A DNA stretch of 64,000 nucleotides from the NCBI GenBank assembly GCA_031291955.1, contig JARLIA010000015.1, positions 54,204 through 118,203 of the forward strand, written 5' to 3'. Position numbers and translations under genes: made by a program. The notes beneath the pieces were generated by a model. The model was given only the letters and a program-made list of their open reading frames with translations. It searched no databases and had not been told where the DNA came from. Positions 1 through 9,950 of this stretch are shown piece by piece (position 1 is the stretch's first letter; the number at the start of each line of letters is the position of its first letter). The stretch comes from Minisyncoccota bacterium. Its GTDB lineage: Bacteria; Patescibacteriota; Minisyncoccia; Moranbacterales; UBA2206.

Positions 1-488
1 TTCGGTTTGTATTCGTTATTGATGATGCCCTCGACGCTATGCGCCTCTCCGCCAGTGGCGTTGTACGATGAATGGATAATTATAGTATCAATCACGCGTC
101 CACTGGTTTTGGCGAATCCCCAACTAACCAAATTGTTTATGATTTTAGGCGCCCCGGCCGCGGGCGTCGAAGTAGTCGATGTTTTGACGGACGGCGCAGC
201 TTGATTTGTGCCAGAGTCGGAGGAAGCGGGAGCTGCCGGAACGGCTGACTCGCGCGCACTGGCTGTCTTCGGATTCGGCACTGCCTTTGTCGCGGAAGAA
301 TTGTCTTTCTCCTGCTTATTTAACGACGGAGCGGTTTTCTCGGACGCGCCCGCCTCACTCTGGACGACCAGCTGGTTTTTTCTGCTGCCATCCCGAAAGA
401 CAAAGAGAGCCAAAGCCAAAATACCGACCGCCGCCAGACTCAAGCCAAAAATTATCTTATTTTTCAGTGGTCTTTTCATTCGCCCCAT
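1..488 (-). CDS. Secreted/membrane-anchored hypothetical protein, 5'-partial in the window (the gene runs off the left edge). The N-terminus is MGRMKRPLKNKIIFGLSLAAVGILALALFVF.
   Basis: Manual translation of the minus strand from the ATG at 486-488 runs open to coordinate 1. The product has a basic N-terminus plus a hydrophobic helix (signal anchor), then a Ser/Ala/Pro-rich linker and a C-terminal IIIHSSYNATGGEAHS segment. The ORF track missed it because no stop lies inside the window. The plus-strand ORFs 206..493 and 208..498 are its antisense. Confidence 0.5.
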   Translation of the reverse strand, partial: MGRMKRPLKNKIIFGLSLAAVGILALALFVFRDGSRKNQLVVQSEAGASEKTAPSLNKQEKDNSSATKAVPNPKTASARESAVPAAPASSDSGTNQAAPSVKTSTTSTPAAGAPKIINNLVSWGFAKTSGRVIDTIIIHSSYNATGGEAHSVEGIINNEYKP

Positions 489-511
489 CTTAACATAAAA
501 CGAGCGGCCCA

Positions 512-700
512 TCAATCCGGCCGCTCGTTCATTTCACAATCTTCTTCATTTTTGGCGTAGACAATAGTTTCTTCCAGTTTCTTGATCTCATTTTCCAACT
601 TATCATAATCGTCCCAATCTCCAGCATTCAGGCAATCTTTCTGAAAAGCCGCGTAATATTTAAGTTTTTTTACCAGTTCGATTTTTTGCTGGACTGTCAT
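512..700 (-). CDS. Small hypothetical protein (62 aa); coding status uncertain.
   Basis: ORF with an AT-rich promoter-like region upstream (701-780). Its stop lies inside an 11-bp-stem hairpin, aacgagcggcc/ggccgctcgtt (505-545). No recognisable domain. Confidence 0.3.
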   Translation of the reverse strand: MTVQQKIELVKKLKYYAAFQKDCLNAGDWDDYDKLENEIKKLEETIVYAKNEEDCEMNERPD

Positions 701-932
701 AATTTTTGGGAAAATTAAAAAATAAAAAAATACTTTATTATGGATAATAAAATATTTTCGTCCTCCTTTTGGGCTGTTTCCGTTCTATTCGAGAGACCGC
801 ACAACCTAAGCATTATACTCTCAAAAACCCATTCTGTCAATCACAGGCCACAGCTCCAATTTCATCTTTCCGGATTTTTCCTTTATAATTAAACTACCAA
901 CAAAAAATAATTTAAGCTTAACTGATTTTTTT

Positions 933-1937
933 ATGCCAAACACACCCGCCTCGAAACAAAGAAATTACACTCAGGATTTTATCCGAGCGCTCGCCATCTT
1001 CATGGTCATCCTGCTTCACATCAGCGCCTATTTCATGGGAGACAATTGGCATCAGTTGAACGGCCAGTTCTGGTCCGGCACCATCTTCGATGCCTTCACC
1101 CGGGTGTGCGTGCCACTTTTCGTTTTAAGCAGCGGCTTTTTCCTGATTAAGGAAAACGTGGAAAAGGTCGAGGTCTTTTTCAAGAAACGCACCAACAAAC
1201 TTTTGGCACCGTTGGTTTTTTGGGGGTTGTTCTATTCGGAATATTCGCACAACTGGCACGCAACGCTTACTCAAATAAGCTGGAGTTTCCTGTCCGGCCG
1301 ACCCTACTATCATTTCTGGTTTTTGTTTATGCTCATCGGCCTCTACATGGTTACGCCTTTTATCAATGTTCTATATAACTATTACGGTCTCAAAAAAATG
1401 AACCTGCTGGGGCTTGGTCTTTTGGCCTTGGGCATGGTGGTTAATCTTTGGAGCGTTCGTTTTGGCAATCCGGCTCTTTTTGTCTTGTGGTTCATTCCCT
1501 ATCTTGGTTATTTCATCCTCGGTCACACCCTGCCCAAAATGAATTACTCCATTGGACGCGGGGTGGCGCTTACGATCTATGTTGCCGCCAGTCTCGGGCT
1601 TGTCGTGGCTGCTTACTTCGCGCTTATCAAAGCCGGCAACTCGGAATACGCTTTCGATTATCTGAGTCCGCTGGTGATCGTCGCTTCATTGGGTTTCTAT
1701 TTGTTCCTTGCCAGTTTCGAGATGAAAGAAAACTTAATCACCCGCATCGCCCCCTTCACACTCGGCATCTACCTGATCCATATTCTTTTCATGGAAAGAC
1801 TTTTCGACATAACCCACATGATTATCTTCGGCAACGGCGCCGCCGATATCCTGGCGCTTACTCTTCCCGTTTTTCTTCTCTCCTGGTTTTCCGTCTGGCT
1901 CATTTCCAAAGTGCCGGTGTTGAAACGCGTCATCTGA
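933..1937 (+). CDS. Acyltransferase family 3 (OafA/YrhL-like) integral membrane protein.
   Basis: 334 aa with about 10 predicted TM helices. The N-terminal FIRALAIFMVILLHISAY motif is typical of the Acyltransferase_3 family. Confidence 0.6.
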   Translation: MPNTPASKQRNYTQDFIRALAIFMVILLHISAYFMGDNWHQLNGQFWSGTIFDAFTRVCVPLFVLSSGFFLIKENVEKVEVFFKKRTNKLLAPLVFWGLFYSEYSHNWHATLTQISWSFLSGRPYYHFWFLFMLIGLYMVTPFINVLYNYYGLKKMNLLGLGLLALGMVVNLWSVRFGNPALFVLWFIPYLGYFILGHTLPKMNYSIGRGVALTIYVAASLGLVVAAYFALIKAGNSEYAFDYLSPLVIVASLGFYLFLASFEMKENLITRIAPFTLGIYLIHILFMERLFDITHMIIFGNGAADILALTLPVFLLSWFSVWLISKVPVLKRVI

Positions 1938-1956
1938 ATTTATTTTTCCAAAACTA

Positions 1957-1992
1957 AAAGCCGAGACAACTTTGCCTCGGCTTTTTCTTTTA
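1957..1992 (+). terminator. Rho-independent terminator after the acyltransferase gene.
   Basis: Stem aaaagccgag/ctcggctttt with a 9-nt loop, followed by TTTCTTTT. Confidence 0.6.
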
Positions 1993-2436
1993 TCTGAAGA
2001 GCATGGCAGCGATTACATAGATCACCACATAACCGCTGCACTGCCCTCCGGAATTATCCCGTCCAAAACCACAAAATTGATTTATGAATTTGGATGGAAG
2101 GGAAACGCGCTTGTGTTGAAACGAAATCATTTCCCATAAAAACCCCAAAGAACTTTCTCGAAAAACCCCGAAGGGTCCACAGGACAGCCTTTTCGTACAG
2201 AGCACTGTTTTATTCCGTTGCCTCGCCCGAGGTCGGTCGCCAGTGTTGCAGCTGTTTTTGTTTCTGCCGGTTACCTGTGAGTAGCCGTCGCAGTGGGGTT
2301 TATAGTCATGGCCCCCAACTTCGCCCATCAATTACATTGGATGATAGACTATCCAGCCAGCAATCTCCAGCCACTACGCTCCAAGCGAATTGTTTCGTGG
2401 CCGCGCCCCTTTTCTGACGTCAGGACAAGGTTAATT

Positions 2437-3213
2437 TCATCTTTTTCTCCCTACGCCAACTCCTCCACCGCCAAAAATTGTGACCACTTCTCGCCCAAGA
2501 GCATTGTGCAACTCCAAAAAATCATGACTTTTCTGCCATCCGGCTGTCGGCCCAGTGTAGGCAGTCGTTGGTAAATTCATGCCGGGTAGCAAGCTGCTGA
2601 TGTTAACCAGAAGTAGAACATCAATCGCCAAGGACTCAGAAGACCGTGGCGCAAAATCTTTCATTTCTCCTATGATGCGCTCTAAATATTTGCCATAGAA
2701 GTATGAAAGTGGAGTAACAAAGAGCATAGCCTGAAACAATTTCTTTTCCGGATACTCTTCGTCTCCGGGAATAACTCGCCCGCTTCCTGGAATAATTTTT
2801 TCCTCAATTTCCTTTAGGGAAAATGAACCGGGCAAAGTCCCAAGAGCAAAGTCCTCGAAATTTTTCGGTTCACCGACATTTATACGAAGAACCGGACAAT
2901 TGCAATTGGGAGCAATAATATTGTACGTCGCTCGTCTTTGCCATTTTTCCTCGTCACTCCCAACATCCTTTTCTTGTCGCATTAAAACAACAATAATTTT
3001 AGGACGTAGGATACGACAAAGGAAAATAACATGAAAGGGATTGTCCGGCACTGTAAATAGGATATCCATACCCTTCTCTACTTCCTCCCGATCAAACTGG
3101 CCAGTCTCCCAGTTGTCTAACATGATTGGAAGGATTTTTTCGAGAAAAAATCCGGTATCCAGCCTCCTCTGCGCCCAGATCTTATTCAGAAGGATAATTT
3201 TTTCTTCTTCCAT
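2437..3213 (-). CDS. Hypothetical protein.
   Basis: The ORF track gives 2437..3285. An internal ATG at 3211-3213 is preceded by a good SD (AAAAAGGAGCTGCTAAG ATG), so I prefer the start MEEEKIILLNK. No recognisable family. Confidence 0.45.
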   Translation of the reverse strand: MEEEKIILLNKIWAQRRLDTGFFLEKILPIMLDNWETGQFDREEVEKGMDILFTVPDNPFHVIFLCRILRPKIIVVLMRQEKDVGSDEEKWQRRATYNIIAPNCNCPVLRINVGEPKNFEDFALGTLPGSFSLKEIEEKIIPGSGRVIPGDEEYPEKKLFQAMLFVTPLSYFYGKYLERIIGEMKDFAPRSSESLAIDVLLLVNISSLLPGMNLPTTAYTGPTAGWQKSHDFLELHNALGREVVTIFGGGGVGVGRKR

Positions 3214-3767
3214 CTTAGCAGCTCCTTTTTTATAATCTTGGCTGCGGCATCGCAGCGACAAAATGACAAAATTATTTTTCATCACCTCATCGCTACTCCG
3301 CAGGTTTTTGAAAAGAACATTTCGCGTTTCTAAATTTTCATCCGAACGCTTTTCTAAAATTACTACAAAATAATAACCTTGGAAAAACGTGAGGGGGCAG
3401 ACTTGTGGTCCGACCCCTCAAAACCCGAAAGAACAGCTTCGTATTATTCTCAAAGAACTTTCCCTTTCGAGAAGAATGATGAAAAAAATTTCCAAAAAAC
3501 ATTCGGGATTCGATTACTTCATTGTTGTTAATAATCCCTTACGTTTTCTAATACTATTTCTCTCATCATTCTTCTCAAAAAACATTTTATTCACCGTAAC
3601 GCCCAATGATAGCACATTTTACTGTCCCTGTCAAAACAAATTGCATGATTTTGGCTAATATAAAGCTTTTTATATTTTAAGTTCAACTGATTAAGGCTTT
3701 ATACAAGCAAAAATATTCAAAAAACCGCCCACATCTAGCAAGTGGCTTAATTTACCTTTATTAAAAG

Positions 3768-3800
3768 CAAAAAACGAAGCCTCATTTAGCTTCGTTTTTC
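3768..3800 (-). terminator. Hairpin plus T-run downstream of the minus-strand tRNA-Pro/tRNA-Gly pair; it would act in either direction.
   Basis: Stem aaacgaagc/gcttcgttt with loop ctcattta. T-runs on both sides. Confidence 0.5.
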
Positions 3801-3803
3801 TTG

Positions 3804-3875
3804 AGCGGGTAGGGGGAATCGAACCCCCCTCCTCAGCTTGGAAGGCTGATATAATAGCCACTATACGACACCCGC
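3804..3875 (-). tRNA. tRNA-Gly(TCC).
   Basis: Reverse complement is GCGGGTG...TCAGC CTTCCAA GCTGA...GGGGGTTCGATTCCCCC TACCCGC T. Cloverleaf with a 7-bp acceptor stem, anticodon loop CTTCCAA and a TTCGATT T-loop. No encoded CCA. Confidence 0.85.
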
Positions 3876-3986
3876 CTTCGTCTCGCCAAAGCGAGACTAC
3901 GGCGGGCAAATCCCGCAAGTAGTCCGCGAAGGCGGACTTTCCTATGCAATAAAAATTTTAAATTAAAAATCTAAAATTGTCTGCTG

Positions 3987-4057
3987 TCGGGGTGCTGGGA
4001 ATTGAACCCAGTCTAAATGGTCCCAAACCATTCGTACTACCGGTATACGACACCCCG
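3987..4057 (-). tRNA. tRNA-Pro(TGG).
   Basis: Reverse complement is CGGGGTG...AATGG TTTGGGA CCATT...CTGGGTTCAATTCCCAG CACCCCG A. The spacer to tRNA-Gly carries three short GC hairpins. Confidence 0.85.
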
Positions 4058-4162
4058 TTCAATAAAATCCCGAGCGCGCCGGGATCTTATCGCTATCCTT
4101 TCAATCTTCACGCAAATGCGAAAAAAGAATAGATAGAATAAAGTTTCAAAAAAACTGTTGGA

Positions 4163-4447
4163 CTATTTGACGGCTTCTTTCAAAGCCTTACCGGCGGTAA
4201 ATTTAGGAACAGTCATAGCTGGAATGGTGATGGTCGCTTTGGTCTGCGGGTTGATGCCTTGGCGAGCTGCTCTCTTGGAAGCGCGGAAAGTGCCAAAACC
4301 GGTCAGTGTCACTTTTTCGTCATTCTTAAGCGACTTCGTGATTTCCTCTGTCATGGTGTCGATCACCAATTCAATATCTTTCTTGGAGAGATCGGTCTTT
4401 TCGGCGATCTTAGAAACCAAAGCGTCTTTGTTTACATGGGTTGTCAT
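4163..4447 (-). CDS. hup: HU family nucleoid-associated DNA-binding protein.
   Basis: MTTHVNKDALVSKIAEKTDLSKKDIELVIDTMTEEI...GFGTF...RQGINPQT is the Bac_DNA_binding signature. Start taken at the ATG at 4447; the track's upstream start is a GTG. Confidence 0.85.
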   Translation of the reverse strand: MTTHVNKDALVSKIAEKTDLSKKDIELVIDTMTEEITKSLKNDEKVTLTGFGTFRASKRAARQGINPQTKATITIPAMTVPKFTAGKALKEAVK

Positions 4448-4540
4448 AAATATCACCTGCCTTTCTAGTTAAAATATTATTGATTGCGTTTCTTATATTT
4501 TAGTTTATTGCCTTAAATTAGGCAAATTGATTATCCACAA

Positions 4541-6073
4541 TTAGCGGGCGTATTCCGTCACCCGCACTTCCCGAATGACATTCACCTTGATTTCTCCCGG
4601 GTATTTCAATTCTTTTTCTATCTTGTCAGCAATGGCCCGCGTAAGTTTCAACGCGCCCAGATCATCCACCTTGTCTGGCTTCACGAACACCCGGATCTCC
4701 CGACCGGCCTGGATAGCATAAGTTTTCTCCACTTCCGCGAATGAATTGGCCACCGCCTCCAAATCTTCCAAGCGCTTCAAATAATGCTCCAGAGTGTCCT
4801 TTCGGGCGCCCGGCCGCGAGGCTGAAATAGCATCGGCCGCCGCGATGATCATTGATTCGGGGTTCTCGAACGGATAATCCTCGTGGTGGGATTTCATGGT
4901 ATTGATGATTTCTTTCCCGGCATGGAATTTCTCCAGTATCTTGATGCCGATCTCAATGTGCGTCCCCTGCACTTCGTGATCAACCGCCTTTCCAATATCA
5001 TGCAACAGTCCAGCTTTCTTGGCCAGCGCCACATCCGCCCCTAACTCGGCCGCGAGAGCGCCTGAAAGATGCGCCACTTCCAAAGAATGCAAAAGAGCGT
5101 TTTGTCCATAACTGGTCCGATAGCGGAGACGTCCCAAAATATGGATCAGCTTCGGGTCAAGACCGGCCACGCCCACATCATAAGCGGCCGCTTCGCCGGC
5201 TTCTTTGATCTTTTTGCTGATTTCCGTTTTGGCGAAATCCACCGCTTCTTCAATCTTGGTCGGATGAATCCGTCCGTCGGCAATCAATTTTTCCAAGGCA
5301 ATCCTGGCCACCTCCCGCCGAATCGGATCAAAGCCGGAAATAACAATCGCTTCCGGCGTATCATCCACGATTATTTCAATGCCAGTCAAACGCTCCAGAG
5401 CCTTAATGTTCCGGCCTTCTCGGCCGATAATCCGTCCTTTGACTTCATCCGATGGAATGCTAACCGTACTGGTGGTTACATCGGCCGAGTGAGATCCCGC
5501 GTATTTTTGGATCGCAGCAGTCATAATATCCCGCGCCTTTTTCTCCAGCTCATCACGTCCCACCACTTCCATTTCCTTCATTTTCTTGGCCAGATAATCG
5601 CGATTTTCTTCTTCTGTCAGCTGAAGAAGAATTTTTTTAGCCTGATCTTTCCCAAGACCGGCAATCTTTTCCAACCGTTTCAATTCTTGTTTTTTGGCTT
5701 CGTCCGTTTCTTTCCGAATCCTCCTGATTTCTTCAGCTTTTTGTTCAAGGATAGTCTTAGCCCGTTCAATTTCTTCCGTTTTTTTGTCCAAATTTTCTTC
5801 CCTTTTTTCCAAGCGTTCTTCCGAGCGCATAATCTGATTTTCTCGCTCCAATTCTTTCTTTTTAGCTTCCTCCAATATGTTCACCGCCTTATTTTTGGCT
5901 TCAATGATAATTTCCTGGGACTTTTTTTCTGAATCTTCCAGAAGGCCAGAAGCCTTGCCTTCGGCGGTATGGAGTTGTTTTTTAGCGATTGTTTGCCTGA
6001 CCCAATAACCTAAAACTGATCCCGCCCCCAAGCCTAAAATGCCTACACCAAGAATAGCCAAACTCGCGTCCAT
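4541..6073 (-). CDS. rny: Ribonuclease Y.
   Basis: N-terminal TM helix, coiled-coil, KH domain (GRIIGREGRNIKALERLTGIEIIVDD) and HD domain (LLHDIGKA...H). 510 aa. Confidence 0.9.
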   Translation of the reverse strand: MDASLAILGVGILGLGAGSVLGYWVRQTIAKKQLHTAEGKASGLLEDSEKKSQEIIIEAKNKAVNILEEAKKKELERENQIMRSEERLEKREENLDKKTEEIERAKTILEQKAEEIRRIRKETDEAKKQELKRLEKIAGLGKDQAKKILLQLTEEENRDYLAKKMKEMEVVGRDELEKKARDIMTAAIQKYAGSHSADVTTSTVSIPSDEVKGRIIGREGRNIKALERLTGIEIIVDDTPEAIVISGFDPIRREVARIALEKLIADGRIHPTKIEEAVDFAKTEISKKIKEAGEAAAYDVGVAGLDPKLIHILGRLRYRTSYGQNALLHSLEVAHLSGALAAELGADVALAKKAGLLHDIGKAVDHEVQGTHIEIGIKILEKFHAGKEIINTMKSHHEDYPFENPESMIIAAADAISASRPGARKDTLEHYLKRLEDLEAVANSFAEVEKTYAIQAGREIRVFVKPDKVDDLGALKLTRAIADKIEKELKYPGEIKVNVIREVRVTEYAR

Positions 6074-6328
6074 AGTATTGTTTTCTATTCAATTGATAAA
6101 TCATGATCATGGATTAAATGGTTGTCTTCAAGTTGCCTTTCGGTCTTTGCCATATTTTTCGACACCGCTAAGACAATTAAAATTGCGTTTATCAATGGAA
6201 ATCGACTAGTTTTAAACAAATTATTATAACTTAACACATAGTAAATACTACCCGAGTGGCCGCTTTTTGTCAAAGGAATGGAAAAATGTTATTATTGACA
6301 GATAAACAGTCAAAAAAGAAAACGCCAT

Positions 6329-7933
6329 ATGCCAAATGATAAAAAAAATCAGACTCGACCAAAACCTGTCATGCTTATCATACTTGATGGCTGGGGCTTG
6401 GGTCAAAAAAATGCGGGGAATACGCTTTCCAACGCCAAGTTGCCCACTTTCGAAAAACTCGACGAATATTATCCGCACGTGGCGCTCCAGGCTTCCGGTA
6501 TTTCTGTAGGGTTGCCTTGGGGCGAACCAGGCAATTCCGAAGTCGGGCATATGACGCTCGGCGCCGGCAAGGTTATCTACCAAAACATGCCGCGCATCAC
6601 CATGGCCATTCAAAACGGCGAATTTTACAATAATGAGGTTTTTTTGAAAACAATCGAAAATGCTAAGAAACGCGACCAGGCCATCCACCTGATGGGACTG
6701 GTCGGACGAGGAGGCGTTCACTCCTCTTTGGATCATCTCTATGCTCTCCTAGAGTTGATGAGTAACCAAAAAATGCGCAAAGTTTACCTTCATGTTTTTA
6801 CGGATGGACGCGATTCCTCTCCCACTTCCGGAGCGGAAGTTTTGAAAGAGCTGCAAATCAAAATGCAAAAATTTCAAGTCGGAAAAATCGCTACGGTTTG
6901 CGGACGCTATTTCGCCATGGATCGCAATAATAACTGGGATCGGACAAAAAAAGCTTACGACGCCATAGTGCGAGGAACGGGCAATCAAATTAAAGACCCG
7001 GAAAAATATCTGCGAGATTCATACAAAAAAGAAGTTACCGATGAATACATGGAACCAGCCGTGGTCTGCGAGGGTGATGCTTCGGACAAACTGACACCAA
7101 TTGCCCAAGTTAAAGACGGCGATTCGGTCATTTTCTTCAATTACCGGGAAGATCGAGCCCGCCAACTGACAAAAGCCTTTGTCGTACCGGGATTCAACAA
7201 GTTTCCCATCGAAACATTCAAAGATCTTTTTTTCACGACCATGACTCAATATGAAGACAATCTTCCGGTTGAAGTGGCTTTCCCGCCGATCGAAATCAAG
7301 GATTGTTTGAGCAAGGTTTTGAGCGGAAGAAAACTCACCCAACTGCGCATTGCCGAAACGGAAAAATTCGCCCACGTCACCTATTTTTTCAACGGTGGAA
7401 ACGAGGAGCCATATCCGCTCGAAGATCGAGTAATCATTCCATCCAAAGACGTGGCCACTTATGACCTAGCGCCAGAAATGAGCGCTTCAGAAATAACCGA
7501 GAAGGTCCTTCAAAACATTGAGCGAAACAAATATGATTTCATCCTACTCAATTTCGCCAATGCCGATATGGTCGGTCACACCGGAAACGAAGAAGCGGCC
7601 ATAACCGCGGTGGAATTTGTAGACAGGTGCATGGAACAAATAATCAAAGCGGTCCTTTCATCCGGCGGCCAACTTCTAATTACGGCTGATCATGGCAATG
7701 TGGAAGAAATGATTGATCCGCGAACCGGCGAAAAAGACACCGAACACTCGGCTAATCCCGTGCCGCTTTGGTATGTCACGCCCAGCAACCATCGCGGAAA
7801 AGCTGGGGAAGAAATACCGGCCGAGATTGCCGGACTCTTGTCCGACATCGCCCCGACCATCTTGGACATCATGCATATCGAAAAACCGGATGACATGACC
7901 GGCGAAAGTCTGCTGCCGGTTTTGAAATCATAG
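6329..7933 (+). CDS. gpmI: 2,3-bisphosphoglycerate-independent phosphoglycerate mutase.
   Basis: MLIILDGWGLG...SEVGHMTLGAGKVIYQ...ADHGN is the iPGM metalloenzyme signature. 534 aa. Confidence 0.9.
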   Translation: MPNDKKNQTRPKPVMLIILDGWGLGQKNAGNTLSNAKLPTFEKLDEYYPHVALQASGISVGLPWGEPGNSEVGHMTLGAGKVIYQNMPRITMAIQNGEFYNNEVFLKTIENAKKRDQAIHLMGLVGRGGVHSSLDHLYALLELMSNQKMRKVYLHVFTDGRDSSPTSGAEVLKELQIKMQKFQVGKIATVCGRYFAMDRNNNWDRTKKAYDAIVRGTGNQIKDPEKYLRDSYKKEVTDEYMEPAVVCEGDASDKLTPIAQVKDGDSVIFFNYREDRARQLTKAFVVPGFNKFPIETFKDLFFTTMTQYEDNLPVEVAFPPIEIKDCLSKVLSGRKLTQLRIAETEKFAHVTYFFNGGNEEPYPLEDRVIIPSKDVATYDLAPEMSASEITEKVLQNIERNKYDFILLNFANADMVGHTGNEEAAITAVEFVDRCMEQIIKAVLSSGGQLLITADHGNVEEMIDPRTGEKDTEHSANPVPLWYVTPSNHRGKAGEEIPAEIAGLLSDIAPTILDIMHIEKPDDMTGESLLPVLKS

Positions 7934-7977
7934 CTTTCACATTCGACTCGAATCCAAAAATAAAATTCTGAAATATT

Positions 7978-8010
7978 ATAAAAGACCTTCGCTTAAAAGA
8001 AGGTCTTTTA
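7978..8010. terminator. Bidirectional rho-independent terminator between the convergent gpmI and clpP genes.
   Basis: Stem aaagaccttc/gaaggtcttt with loop gcttaaaa, flanked by A/T runs on both sides. Confidence 0.65.
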
Positions 8011-8042
8011 TATCAATCAAAGCTTCTGGGCATCAAATTGCC

Positions 8043-8636
8043 TTATTTGATGATCTTGTCCACCACTCCGTACTTTTTCGCTTCGTCGGCACTCATGAAA
8101 TAGTCGCGCTCGGCGTCTTTTTCAACTTTATCAAGCGGTTGTTCGGTGTGACGCGCCATGATCTCGTTAAGCTTATTCTTCACAACAAGGATATGCCTGG
8201 CATGGATGTCAATATCGGTCGCCTGTCCCTGCGCCCCGCCCATGACCTGATGAATCATGACCTCACCGTTGGGCAAAATCAATCTCTTCCCTTTCTTCCC
8301 AGCCGTAAGAAGGAGCGCTGCCGCCGAAGCTGCCATGCCGACACAAATGGTCGAGACGTCCGGCTTCACATATTGCATCGTATCATAAATCGCCAGCGCC
8401 GAAGTGACTTGCCCGCCAGGCGAATTGATATAGATCCGGATGTCCTCTTTGGAATTTTGCGACGTCAAAAAGAGCAACTGCGCAATCACCGCGTTAGCCA
8501 CCATGTCATCAATCGGCCCACCCAGAAAAATAATCCGGTCTTTCAGCAAACGCGAATAAATATCATAAGCCCGCTCGCCGTAACTGGTTTTTTCGATAAC
8601 GGTAGGGATGAGATATTGGTTGGTTATATTTTCCAT
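8043..8636 (-). CDS. clpP: ATP-dependent Clp protease proteolytic subunit.
   Basis: Ser-His-Asp ClpP signature: [21 protein letters not shown]...[13 protein letters not shown]...HQVMGG. Confidence 0.92.
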   Translation of the reverse strand: MENITNQYLIPTVIEKTSYGERAYDIYSRLLKDRIIFLGGPIDDMVANAVIAQLLFLTSQNSKEDIRIYINSPGGQVTSALAIYDTMQYVKPDVSTICVGMAASAAALLLTAGKKGKRLILPNGEVMIHQVMGGAQGQATDIDIHARHILVVKNKLNEIMARHTEQPLDKVEKDAERDYFMSADEAKKYGVVDKIIK

Positions 8637-8648
8637 ATATTTTTACTT

Positions 8649-9932
8649 TTACAACTTCTCTAAAAATTCAAACACTTTCTCATTCTCCACGATCCCTTTG
8701 CTATAATTATACAACCGCTCCATATCAATATTCTTCTCAATATCTTTGACGTCTTTGTAATAAGTCAGGGTCTTGTTCATTTCTTCTTGCGTTTCCTCGG
8801 AGGTAGCTTCCAGCTCGTGTTCCTTGGCCACAACTTTCAACGCCATCGCGCCAATCACTCGCTTAGTTGCTTCCGGTTCCCAATCTTTTTCTAAGTCTTT
8901 TCGGTCTTTTTTGAGCTGGGACAAATACTGATCAAGTGTCATACCCATCGGCGTGAGCTGATATTCGAATTCGGCCAACATCCGTTCGGCTTCTTCGCGA
9001 ACCAAGACATCCGGCAATTCCACTTCGGCATTTTTGACCAGCGCATCCATATATTTAGCCCGTCTTTCATCCTTAATTCGGTGTTCGTTTTCATGTTCCA
9101 AGCCTTCCCGGACGCTTAATTTCAATGCTTCCAAATTCTCGAATTTTCCGAGCGAGCGGGCGAAATCATCGTCAATGGCCGGCGTCTGGCGTTCCTGCAC
9201 CAGATCCATCTTCACCTTGAACGTAGCCAGCTGACCCGCCAAGCTTTTTTCATGGTAGTCGTCCGGAAATTTCAATTCAAATTCCTTCTCATCTCCTTCG
9301 GTCATGCCAATTACGTTATCTTCAAAACCGGGAATAAAAACACCCCGTCCAAGAATCAAAGGATGTTTTTTGCTGGTCCCGTTCTCGATCGGCACGCCGT
9401 CCCGGATGACCGTAAAATCAACTTCCACACTGTCACCCTTTTGGGCAGCGCGACGGACCGCCACTAATTTAACACGACTGTTGGCCAATTTCTCCAACTC
9501 CAATTCCAAATCCTTATCTTCCGCCTTAACAGATTTTTGACTGAATTCTTCGTTGATTTTTTTGATATCCGCTAAATAAGCAACCTTGATCTTGAGTTCC
9601 GGCATCACGGAAACCGTGGCTTTGTATTTTAAGTCCTTTCCCTCTTCGGCTTCCAAAAGATCCACTTTGGGACTGCCGAGCACTTCCAAATTTTCGCCCG
9701 TCACAAAATCCACGTAACTCTTTTTGACCGCCCGTTCAGCAGCGCCATTCATGATAACATTTTTCCCAACCTTCTGTTCGACCAGATTCCGTGGCGCTTT
9801 CCCCGGCCGAAAGCCGGCGATTTTTATTTCTTTAGAAGCTTCTTCAGCGGCAGTGGTCAAATATTTCTTCCACTCGTCCCAAGAGACGGTCAACTCAAAT
9901 TCAACTTGCGATTTCGGTAATTTCTTAATCAT
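8649..9932 (-). CDS. tig: Trigger factor.
   Basis: 427 aa with the trigger-factor three-domain architecture (ribosome-binding N-domain, FKBP-like PPIase core, C-domain). Immediately upstream of clpP, as in many bacteria. Confidence 0.85.
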   Translation of the reverse strand: MIKKLPKSQVEFELTVSWDEWKKYLTTAAEEASKEIKIAGFRPGKAPRNLVEQKVGKNVIMNGAAERAVKKSYVDFVTGENLEVLGSPKVDLLEAEEGKDLKYKATVSVMPELKIKVAYLADIKKINEEFSQKSVKAEDKDLELELEKLANSRVKLVAVRRAAQKGDSVEVDFTVIRDGVPIENGTSKKHPLILGRGVFIPGFEDNVIGMTEGDEKEFELKFPDDYHEKSLAGQLATFKVKMDLVQERQTPAIDDDFARSLGKFENLEALKLSVREGLEHENEHRIKDERRAKYMDALVKNAEVELPDVLVREEAERMLAEFEYQLTPMGMTLDQYLSQLKKDRKDLEKDWEPEATKRVIGAMALKVVAKEHELEATSEETQEEMNKTLTYYKDVKDIEKNIDMERLYNYSKGIVENEKVFEFLEKL

Positions 9933-9950
9933 GAATGTATTCCTTACTAA

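Noticed and set aside
206-498. Plus-strand ORFs 206..493 and 208..498 (95-96 aa), and 7..204.
   Set aside because: They are Arg/Ala/Pro-rich antisense frames of the better-supported minus-strand partial gene (1..488), which has a signal-anchor N-terminus and an open frame to the window edge.
1940-2436. Tried to place RNase P RNA or tmRNA in the GC-rich gap (and in 16415-17186).
   Set aside because: I could not find the P4 consensus (AGGAAAGUCCGGGCUC / ACAGAANCCGGCUUA), GGUAAGAGCGCACC, or a tmRNA tRNA-like 3' end (GGTTCGANTCC...CCA) on either strand by eye. It is left as an unassigned ncRNA candidate rather than a call.
3691-3918. ORFs overlapping tRNA genes (3691..3918, 23857..24084, 33698..33946, 55316..55618, 61479..61667).
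   Set aside because: Each translation contains the characteristic reverse-strand tRNA peptides (for example ...GIEP..., RFESY). The underlying DNA folds as tRNA cloverleaves, so these are called as tRNAs instead.
5069-5932. Long antisense ORFs inside rny (5069..5932), gyrA (38005..38793; 38174..38734), rpsA (41686..42486), nusA (10935..11495) and pcrA (50966..51580).
   Set aside because: They are low-complexity F/L/R-rich translations opposite strongly supported housekeeping genes. No independent signal supports them.
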